From Sphagnum compactum (lineage: Eukaryota), in the NCBI GenBank assembly GCA_965153455.1, contig OZ234493.1, positions 36,260,213 through 36,324,212 on the forward strand: DNA of 64,000 nucleotides, given 5' to 3'. The notes below the pieces were generated by a model. That model saw nothing but the letters and a program-made list of their open reading frames with translations. It was not told the origin of the DNA and searched no databases. Made by a program: the position numbers and the translations under genes. Each line of letters starts with the position of its first letter. The stretch's first letter is position 1. Shown piece by piece: positions 13,312 through 23,667 of the stretch.

Positions 13312-13530
13312 TAGGCTCAAAGTGAACCAATAGCCACTAGGGATTGTGAGGAAAATGGATGGTAGGTAGATAGGAAACACTTTTCCATTGGGTTCCAATT
13401 CCATAAGTTAACTCAAGAGTTAGTGTTCTTTCTTTCCTACCCACCTACCTACTAGCAACCTACTAATAGCCCTTTCCTAGGTACCATCTACATGCACGTA
13501 CCTACTAACAATCCACCAGCCCTTTACCTA
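13312..13530 (+). mobile_element. Degenerate, truncated copy of the MITE-like element at 50921-51303
   Basis: taggctcaaagtgaaccaatagccactaggg...gggttccaattccataagttaac...cctacctactagcaacc aligns by eye with aggccacagtgaaccaacagccaccagcg...gagttccagttccctagctaac...ctacctattagcaacc. Confidence 0.6.
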
Positions 13531-16500
13531 TGTACTAGCCCTTACCAGCGGCCCAACATGAGTTGGGATTGTCCAAAATGTGTAAGGTCCTAGACAACAT
13601 GCTGAAGACTAAAGACCTTACCCAGTCTTCTTGGGAGCCCTTGGCCGGTTTTGACACTAATTATATTATTTTCAGAAATGTTTAAATTTTCAAAAAAATA
13701 TTTGTTCAAAAAAATAGGTTTTTGGAAGGAAAGTAAAGAAATCTGATGGAATATTTGAGAATAAAATAATTTATCAAAATGAGATTATCGATATTAATTA
13801 ATTATTTTGATATACACATATCAAAATGGCCAAGGTTAGTAGATGAAATTTGATGGGGGGCTTTTAATACACTTTTAAATGTTTAATTATCAATTAATGA
13901 TTCCATTATATGTTCTTGTAAGGTAAGACTCAATTAGCCCAGGGTCGCCAAATTTCAAATTGTGGAGCTAATATGTACATGGGGGGCCATGGGGGGCCCG
14001 GGGAGATAGATTTTTAAAATTTTTGTGTTCCCATCATGTTCTCAATGTGTTTCCCAAGGGTGTTCCTAAGGGGGCTCTTTTCAACATAATTCAAAGATTT
14101 TTTTGAGTTCATCAAGCCTAAGTTATTCCAACATAATCTAGATTATATGCATGAATTAAACCCTTTTTGTGCTTTATATTGATCAATTTCAATCATGCAC
14201 ACACTTGTCATCAACTTCTATAACCCCAATGTGGACCTAGGTCTAACAACTTAAACCCAAGTCAAGTAGTTTTTTGGTTTAGAGTTGAAACAAGCAAAAC
14301 ATATTGAGAGCACATGTTAAACCTATTATTGATTTAGTCCCTTTTATAGATTTCATCGGCTTCGACTAAAACTTTTAGTTGGGTGGTCATAGATGTTTAA
14401 ATATATTGCTAAATTTTAGGCTTGGTCTTGTAATGCTTCATGGAGAGAATCTCACAAGCATGTTATTCATTATTGTAAATTAAATATTAATGTAAACATG
14501 GTATTAAGAGTAATTTCAAGTACAAATGTATGGTATGCTTTGCATACATGATGTATATAATGTTTTGAAAAATTGGATGACAAGTAAATCAAAGTTGGTT
14601 TGGGGTGATGATAATAATAGGGTCTTCTTGTTTTGTCCTACAAAACTCAATTTTAAAAGTTAATTGTTTCTTCCAACTCTATTTCACTCCTTTCCCTTGT
14701 ATGGACATGAACATGAAAAGGCATGCCATTTTCATAAATAATACCTCAATAATAAAGGTAAAAAAGTAAAAAGGGCAACCAACATGGCAAGGATCCATAG
14801 AGACAAATAATGACATCAAATAATGGTGTTTTTGGTAGTGGTGGTTTTCAAAGGTGAAATCTTACTTGGCATAAAGAATAATTGAAAGTCATGCATAGAA
14901 TTGTGAAATATTTCTTAATCAAATTTAATTATAGAATGTGAATGAATCCATAAGAAAATTTCATTCATAATCTTTAATTTTATTTGTATTGATAATTTTA
15001 TTTCAGTTTGAACAACTTAAATATTAAAATTCAATTATGAATTGTGTGATGATTCATAATGTCTACAACTTGAGGTTATATAATGCTAGGAACTAAAGAT
15101 CAAACATCATTTATGAAATGAAATTTATGAAAATAACAGCATATCGAGCTTTATAAACCATCCACTATCAAGTTTGTCTTACATGTGTGTATTACCATTT
15201 TTTCAAATAAATAAAAATTCACGAAATTATAAAAATATGCATCAGTTTGCAATTCTTATGGTTTTCAATGTTGTCATTTTTGCAACATATATTATTATAC
15301 AAAATGGACATGTGTGATTTGTAAATGTCATCTCTTAAATTAGAGCATAGATGAAAAGGAATGGTGCCCAAAAGAAAAGTTGAAAATTGGATATAAAGAG
15401 CAAAAAATTGTGATCAAACATAACTTTAATAATAATGGTGTAATATTGTTGAAAAGTTTGCATGACAACTTGGACTCTATTTTATAACACATTTACCAAT
15501 TATTCAAACTTGAATATTAAACATACATTGTTATTACAACTTGGTGTTTCACAATTTTTCTTAACATAGATTACACCCCTTTCATGTATTTTGAATTAAA
15601 AATGCAAAGTACATTTTATTCTTTAATCCTCAACTCTTAAAATACTTTTGGGGGGACACATAGTGTAAAGTTTGGGATTTACATGCGTCAAACGACCATT
15701 TTTAGGGGGATATTAGATAATTGTTCAACCTATTTTTTATCATCGTATTAAAAGTATAGTTGTTTAAAAAAAATTGTGGAAATTATATAAGAAGAGCAAC
15801 AAAGTTAACCAACGTCACGTAACACGTGTGTTTGCCTTATGCTGACCTGCTCAGGTTGGTGTCTACGTCATGTTCTAAAAAGGTGGCCTCATGCTGATGG
15901 TATAATAATGATATTTCTTTTTGTGTGGAAAGTGAGTAAAAATTATAGACCTGCGACCTTCTTTGTCTATTATGCGAAGGTGTGTGGCTCACCTGCGCAT
16001 TCACCCCCCTCCACCCTTTTTGTTTCTTTTGGTTTAAATTGTTTGTAAAAAGTGCCATTATGTAACCCGTACATACATATTAGAATGGGTGGGCTACATG
16101 TACCAAACAGTAAAACTACCTTATAAGGAAAATGCTTATATGTATGGATATCAAAAAGGTGCATAACATTTCGTGGCTTTGTAGACGAATATATATAAAT
16201 AAATAAATAAATATAAATTTTTTGTTTCATAAATTAATAGAATAAGATGTTGCGCCCCACGACCTAATTTGTTTTACAAGCTCAAATTAGTTCAAATTTA
16301 AATAATATTCTTAAAGGTTTATTAACCCATTTTCGAATTTCATTAGTCGAAAAAAAAAACGATGCATTCTTCTTATGCAAGCATTTTGTCGAGGCTTAGC
16401 TCAAAGGCCAAAAAAAATAAATTGCTGTAAACTTGTGGCCAATAAAATAAAATAAAAATAAATATATATATGCAAGCATGTGTTTATTTTTTGACTATAG

Positions 16501-16707
16501 CCAATAACATGTCACATTTAAAATTCTTATAACATTTTACAACTTTCTTTGAGGAAGACAATTACTTATTTAAGCTCCCTCCAAGGGTTTACCTTTTAAT
16601 CACATGGAAGGTAGCCTCACCTTGTTAGTATGTGGTTCACAATCATGTTTTTCTATATATATATTTGTAGCTTTTAACACGGAACAAGATTAAAAAAAAT
16701 CAACAAA

Positions 16708-17650
16708 ATGAAATTGTATATCATTGGTATTTTAGCAAGAATGCTTGGAATAACAACACAATTTTTACTAGGAATGGCCTTTTTAGTTTTAGCTGAACGC
16801 AAAATAACAACTTCCATGTAACATAAAAAGGGTCCTAATGTAGTGAGATTGTTTCATTTGTTACAACCTTGGGTAAATGGTTTTAAATTAATGATAAAAG
16901 AACCCATTTTACCAAGTAGTGTTAATTTATTTAATTTTTAAATGGATCCAGTAATTACATTTATGATAAGTTTGATTGTTTGGGCTGTTATACCATGTGT
17001 TGTGTAAGGTGTTTTTGTCGTTATGGGGCATGTCTCGGTGTTTGATCTACAGTCTACATCAATGGAGTAAATCACCTAGAGGTAGCATTGCCATAATGCA
17101 CGTATAAAAGCATCTGGGAAACCAAGTCACAATAGACCCATAACTCTAAGGACGGCTTGGAAGATATTGTTGGGGTTGATAAGGTTAACAAATCTGAACT
17201 ACATAACCATTGAACGATATCATTTACCAAGTTAGCAGGTAATGACTTGGTCTTGTAATCAGTTCTTTTGGTAGGTATAATAGAAGCCAAAGACAAAAAA
17301 CAATACATTTTTTTTTTCAAGAAAATTTTCAATAAAAAGAAAATAAGACTATGCAGATATCTTACCTCAACGCACAGGTGAAAAAAAAGGTTGAAGACAC
17401 AATCATGGGATTGGCCCACTCTTCAGGGAAAGGGTCAACAAAATTGCTGTAGTAAATGAGAAGGGATACCAACTAAGCTAATATTGAAGGACAGTAATCA
17501 TGATTTGATGGTAGAAAGTGTAGCCTTTTCTTCATTACAAATGTGGCAAAACCGATTATGCTTGAACTTTTCCAAGGGGACTAGTTGATCATAACAAACA
17601 CTCAAATGCTGTTATGACCTCATTTAATAAAAACTTGGTGAAATGCATAA

Positions 17651-17689
<39 letters not shown>

Positions 17690-18123
17690 CGACACAATTT
17701 AATAAATTAGTGGCGGAAAACTATATGATAGGAAATTGTCACATATGGTGCAGAGGGTGAAAAAATCAATTATCGATTCCTAGTTTTGATTATGGTATGG
17801 TATTGTTGGATTTAAATGTAGGCATACTTTATTTATTCACTATATCTTCTGTAGGTGTTTATGGGATCATTACAACGAGTTGGTCTAATAATTCTAAATA
17901 TGTTTTTTCAGGAGCGTAATAGTGCAAAAACAAATATGGTTTGACATTCCTTTGTTTCTTACATTTATTATGTTTTGCATCTCTTGTCGAGTAGAAACTA
18001 ATCAAGCTCCCTTTGATTTACCAAAAGCAGAAGCTATATTAGTCGCGGGCTATAATGCATAATATTTTTCAATGGGTTTTGCTTTTTTTTTTTAGGGGAA
18101 TATGTTAATACAATCTTAATGAG
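16708..18123 (+). pseudogene. nad1: Nuclear mitochondrial insertion (NUMT): nad1 exon 1 and exon 2, decayed
   Basis: 16708-16994 translates with lesions as [56 protein letters not shown]...ITFMISLIVWAVIP and is exactly 287 nt. About 17784-18123 gives [35 protein letters not shown]...KQIWF.IPLF...[26 protein letters not shown]...GEY.N.ILMS. Stops, frameshifts and a deletion of about 100 nt in exon 2. Confidence 0.93.
16995..17783 (+). other. Decayed mitochondrial group II intron nad1i287 (within NUMT)
   Basis: Interrupts nad1 after nt 287. Near its 3' end aaactatatgataggaaattgtcacatatggtgcagagggtg (about 17718-17759) is a deaminated domain V/VI-like motif (consensus gagccgtatga..ggaaact.tcacgtacggttcggaggg). 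Contains a (TA)n tract at about 17655-17684. Confidence 0.8.
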
Positions 18124-19150
18124 GTGTGGAACTTTGCATTTAACATTCGTTAGGCTTTAACCTTTTGTAGGAGCCAATGTCTTCTCAAAGGCCTTGTGTA
18201 GTAAACCCTTCTGGGCGGATCTAAATTGAGTAGTCCCTGTGAAGCTTTCAAAAAAAGGTAGCCTGGTGTGAGGGCACATCAAAAAACTGCAAACCTATCA
18301 GATGACCTATCTAAGATTAGGGAAATGTTTTAAGTAGATACTTTGTAATTATTCCCCAAACCTATACAGATACTAAATGTTCATATGGGAAAGTGCATTC
18401 CTAGGTTTCGAACAAGGGAAGGTTGCTCTCGGAAATAACTTTTCATTTTATTCAAGGGGTGAGGGCACACCTGCGCAAATTACAAATGACAACTACAAGG
18501 ATGGCAGGAAAGGAAACGATACTTGATATTCAAGGATAAATGTAAACCTATCAAACGGGGATAATCATTTTAGTTCTTAAAAAAAACTCACAAATGGTGG
18601 TAAACATTAGTTTAAAAGGTGAACATAGTGAGCCTAAGTCATTGGGATAACAAAGCGTGAAACACATTTATGTACTTAGAACTATTGCAGACAATAGATT
18701 ACTATTGATGTCCTATGAACAAATTAGGTCCAAAGCAAACAACTTTAAAACTGGCAAAAAAAAAATCTTTATTTTTTTCAAAGCTGCACCCCTATTCTAG
18801 TGTCTACAAAGGAGGTACTCTAAAGGCTCAAGACCAAGGTATAATTAACTAAAAGAAGGTGGCCCATTTAACCTATGTGGCCCACTTAATAAACATTAAC
18901 AACAAAGACATTATCAATTGGTTTGTGAATGTCGTAAGAAGTATTCTGTCCTACTATAGATATTGTGACAATTTTTATCAAATTTGAACCATTGTCAACT
19001 ACCATATTTATTGGTTTGCTTTATTTACACTTGCTAACAAACATAAATTCTAGACATAAAAAATAATTCCCAAGCACTCCAAGGATTTACATATAGTCAA
19101 TGGAGAAAGTGGGACCTTTTTAATTTTCCTACTAGCATCGACTTTAAGAC
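18124..19150 (+). pseudogene. matR: Decayed group II intron nad1i728 with maturase (matR-type) domain X remnant (within NUMT)
   Basis: Begins gtgtggaactttgcatttaacattcgtt directly after ...ILMS, the nad1i728 site. About 18785-19150 translates with lesions as AP...LKDQGII..RRWP..YVAHLININNKDIINWF....SILSYYRYCDNFYQI*TIVNYHIYWFALFTLANKHKF....IIPKHSKDLHIVNGESG, matching matR domain X. Confidence 0.85.
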
Positions 19151-20273
19151 CCAAAATTGACAAGGGTATAAAAAAAAATCTAACATGATTTGCATTTGTG
19201 TTAAAGCTCCCATACCATTTTTCTTCAATCTCACCTTTTCCCTTCACACATTTGCCCTAATCATGTAGTACATGGAAAAAAACATGTTTTTAAAATATTT
19301 TATAAGAAATGCATCCCTACTAAGAGGAAACCAATTTTGTGTTTGATGAAATTTGGATTGAAGTTAATGTAGGTGAATCATCACACAAATCAAACGCATC
19401 CTCATCAAACAGCTTAATTACAAATCCATATGCTATAAAAAAATAATTGCATACATTCACCATAGGATCACCAAATGTTTGTCTATACCAATTTCTCATT
19501 GGTCATGCACTTAAAAGATTTATGCTTCATTGGTCTTAAAGATATGGCAACAAAGGTAAAAAAAACTATAATAAAAGAACTCCCATAAATCCCAAAAGGT
19601 GCAAGATAGCAAGCAAGTTGTGCAAAATTGAAACTCAAATTTTGCATACCTTGTGTATAACAATCTAGAACTTCAATTTTCATGGAGATTAGGACTTTTT
19701 AACTCACTCCATTCCTTAGTCTTGCAAAATGATGAAGTGCATATTAAAAGTTATGTACATAGTGTGTCCATTTAAGGAGCAAATTCAAGATGATAGTTGA
19801 TATAACTTGCTTTGCCATGTATAACTAATTGTATGGTATATTTTGGGTGGATTTAGAATACACCCATTATAGGGTTTCTAGTAGGTAGGTAGGTAGGTAG
19901 GTAGGTAGCAATCATGTGTCCAATGATGGTTTTTTTTTGAAACTTTCATACCTGCCCGTTCTTGGTATTGGGTATTAAAAAAAAAATCATACCCATGTAA
20001 GTGGGTAAAATTATTGTGGGTAATTAGGTAGGGATTATTACTTCACAGGGTAGGTAAATATGTAGGGCATTTGGTGGCTACTTAGGAAGGTGGATCCAAG
20101 TGGATGGTTACGACACGAATACAGCGAATGAAAGAGTATTTTCTGTCCACACAATCGACGAGGCATCCAATTGCAGTTCCTGTTTTACACTGTGGCAAAT
20201 GGAAGGTTCCCGATCGTAACGTGGCAGTATTTCATTGGTGTATCCCCGGCCCCTTTACTTGCTCTGAGGCAGC

Positions 20274-20300
20274 AAACCCTAATTTGGCTTTTAGGGTTTT
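20274..20300. promoter_or_regulatory. Two opposed telo-box motifs upstream of p23
   Basis: AAACCCTAAT at 20274-20283 and TTAGGGTTT at 20291-20299. Telo-boxes are established cis-elements of plant housekeeping and translation genes. Confidence 0.5.
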
Positions 20301-20577
20301 TTGTTTCCTCCTTCTATCGCTCTCGCGTCTGATGAGACGAGGGTTTCGGCTGCGAGCAAATCTCGAGCTTTTTTTGTAGTTGCGCACTCGATCACACACA
20401 CTCTCTCTCTCTGTGCACAGACGCGTACTAGAATCTGAGTGTTGTGCGTATGTTCCGGGCTTCCACGTTGTTTTTGTTGGGAGCTTGGAAAAGTGGCAGC
20501 TTTTTCATCAGATTTCTCTCGAGGAGTTGCTTCGGGGTTTTTGAAGGACGCGAGAGCGGGGTGGTTAGAGAGAAGAG

Positions 20578-21105
20578 ATGAGTCGTCATCCGGAGATCTT
20601 GTGGGCGCAGCGCTCCGACAAGGTGTTCATCACCGTGTCATTGCCTGATGCCAAGAATGCGCAGGTGAAGTTGGAGCCGGACGGCAGGTTCACATTCTCG
20701 GCCACGGAAGGCTCCGTCAACCAGCAGTACAGCGCCGACCTAGAGCTCTTTGGGAAGTTGAACGTGGAAGCCAGTAAGATCGCGACCGGGCTTCGGCATA
20801 CTGTTTGTGAGCTCGAGAAGGCGGAGAAAGGTTGGTGGAAGCGGTTGCTAAAGGCGGAGGGGAAAGCTCCTCCGTATGTGAAGGCTGACTGGGATAAATG
20901 GATTGATGAAGACGAGGAGCAGGAAGCGTCGAGGCCGATGAGTAGCTTCGACATGGGAGGCATGGACGGAATGGGATCCATGGGAGGATTAGGAGGAGAT
21001 ATGGAGGGCATGGGGGGTATGGACTTCTCAGGCTTCAATGCGGGAGGCGAGGATGCAAGCGACGATGAGGAAGAATTTTCTGATTTGAAAAAGGCTGAGG
21101 TGTGA
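20578..21105 (+). CDS. p23: p23 (Hsp90 co-chaperone, CS domain), single coding exon, 175 aa
   Basis: MSRHPEILWAQRSDKVFITVSLPDAK...GWWKRLLK...PPYVKADWDKWIDEDEE followed by a Gly/Met-rich (MGGMDGMG) and acidic tail typical of plant p23. Continuous ORF with ATG and TGA. Confidence 0.95.
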   Translation: MSRHPEILWAQRSDKVFITVSLPDAKNAQVKLEPDGRFTFSATEGSVNQQYSADLELFGKLNVEASKIATGLRHTVCELEKAEKGWWKRLLKAEGKAPPYVKADWDKWIDEDEEQEASRPMSSFDMGGMDGMGSMGGLGGDMEGMGGMDFSGFNAGGEDASDDEEEFSDLKKAEV

Positions 21106-23667
21106 CGTGAGTACCTCAAAAAGTCTTTTGTCCATACGGTTACTGGATGGGACTGAAGCGAGACTTGTCCCTGGATACGTGTCCGGATTCAAGCTCGTGT
21201 GAAGCGAGAAGACAGAGGCATTTCAAAGGGGGTTAGGTTTTCAGAGCTTGCACTTCGTGAATGCCTTTTGTTTGTTTTGCGGCCTTTTTTCCTCCCCTCC
21301 CCCCCAAGACTTATAGTCCAGATAAAATCCAGTTTCTTTTCTTTAACCAGACTCTACTCTCAAAACCTCCATGGTTTCAGAGTGAGGACCCCTGTGTATG
21401 TCTTTAAATCCTTTTTCGAGTATCTGTTGCAGTTCTCTGTGAAAACCTCACTTTTGCCTCTCTTTCACATTTATTCAGGTACTTTGATAAGGTTTGTAAG
21501 ATGAAGCTGTTCATGCTCAATGGTTTCTAACTTCTCAAATTCGATGTATCTGGATATGACCTTGTTGATGGTGGCCTATACTCGTCTTGCAGTTCTTATT
21601 GTACACTGGTCTTTTGCAACTTCCTTGTTTTTGCTTATAATCTCCAACATTTACATCAATCACATGCTCCATATGGACCCATTGTGTTCTTGCACATCAT
21701 TTTTCAGTTACCCACATTAAGAGCTATGTGTTATAAAGAGGTCTTGCAGGACCAAGTACTGTGTCTTAGTGAGGTTTATCATTTGCCTGGGAACACCAAA
21801 GTTATTCAAAGGCAAAGGGTGTATTTTCTCAAGGAGGATTTGTATTTGGCATTTGCTACCTTGTGTTTTTCCAATTCATGTGTGTGAGGGCTTTGTATGT
21901 TTTATTAGGGAGTTTTGTTGTGCCAGTTCTTATTGTGAAGTCTTATCTACTTTTGAGAGTTTTCTCCCTGCATCCTCCTTGGTATTCTTGAACTTTCATT
22001 CATTTTAATGTCTTCTCTTCATTAACTTTCTTGCCTGTTTTTTTGTTATGTTGGTCTGCTTAGCATCATCATTCTGAACTCCCCAGTGGATATCCCAGAA
22101 CTCATTATTCAGGTGGTCCAACTTGCACTGAACCTTGCCTAGGCCATTGATGGTCTTCAGAAGACCAAGGGTTTACTACAATGTCCATATTGCACAGTTT
22201 CTCTCCAAGAGCTCTCCATTGTTGTGGTGCAGTAGTCTATTTTCAGTTATCTTTTTGTGTATGGCTTTACTGTGCATGGGGAACTTTTGTGACCTAAATT
22301 TTGAAAATATACCTTTCTTACTTTCACAGATGTTTTTCTATGCTTAAGGCTGAGCTTAAGGATTATGCCAAGGATTCAGCATGTTTCAGGTTTTAAAACT
22401 CTGAGCCAGAACCTCTTGCCACTGTCTGTAAGGGATGCTTTCAGATCTCAAAGCCTGACTAATGGCCGTTGTTTATGGATGCAGTATTGTCTTAATGCTG
22501 ACAACCTTCTTTTAACATTCCCAGTGCTTTCTGCAATCCTGTACCAAGCAGCAACTTGTTAGAAAATTGGCCAAATTCTTCTTTTTGTTGGGGGAAAACA
22601 CAATATGAAAGGAATGTGGTTATCAGTAGTATGCTCCTAGTTGGCTGTGCTCTCTCCCAGGATCATCTCAGGGTGATTTGATGAGGTCCTTGGAACTTTT
22701 GATATGAAAACTTCTGTACACTGTCCTTGACATCTCAGTTGTGATATCCTTTTCATGGTACATATCCATCCATCAGGCTTCTGTTTCTCCACAGTAGGAA
22801 TCTGAATAAAAACTACTCAAGAAGCGGGAGCTGCAAGATGGCATGGTATAACAACCTGAACATCTTTCTTGCCTTTGTCAAACCTGACTGTCTTGAAAGT
22901 TCCTGAAAATAAGAAATATATTGCCTATGAAACTGGTGCCAATTTGCAGCCGCAGTATGACCGTCAACTTGCAACTCCAACAAAGAACAAGATTGGTGGT
23001 GGTTCAAGCATGATTGTCATTCTATACTACTACTCTGAAAATGCATTGCAGAACCAAATATCAGTAGTTTTCAGTGTCTAGTTTTCCACAATGAGAAATT
23101 CAAAACTCATCAGTGGTGTGCTTGTAGGATGTGATCAGCTTGCAGGAGACCCTACCACAAGAAACTTTGGATATATGTATATCTCATGGAGCACTCTGGT
23201 TTTACATACACCATCTGAACAAAGCTGAGTGCGGATTGTCTTAGTATGTAAATCCCTCCCATGTCATTTTGCCTGCAAAACTCTAGTTACAAAACTAAAG
23301 TCCATGTTGCAATGAAAGCAAGTTTCTTGCTTTCATTGGATGTCTGCTTTCCTTCCACATGAGACTCTTCCATGCTCTCCAATTGAGATCATCGTAGTTG
23401 TCTTGTAAAAAATGGTCTCCAACAACCTACTGTTGCTTTTGAAGTTGAGGCATTGCCATTGTCTCTTTTTAAAACCAGGGTTCAACATGAAGCCAAAACA
23501 ACACTTTCACGTAGCCTAGATAGCTTCTGAGCTTTGGAAGCTCACCAAATATCGCTTCCTTTGAAGACTTTCAATCTCAAGCTCCTTTCCATTGGCATCC
23601 AGTGACCCAAGACAACCATCTTGTTGCCAGGAACTGAACGAGCTTCAATCTCTGTGCTTGACTCAGA

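Noticed and set aside
13621-13661. Possible Helitron 3' end (ggccggttttgacactaa-t)
   Set aside because: The hairpin is too degenerate and the terminus is CTAA; insufficient support.
16708-18123. Functional nuclear relocation of nad1
   Set aside because: Multiple stops, frameshifts, a deletion of about 100 nt, retained group II introns and no targeting peptide.
20586-21119. 177-aa antisense ORF over p23, and similar antisense ORFs over the P450, 2OGD and RBX1 exons
   Set aside because: Shadow ORFs of GC-rich coding sequence with no motifs.
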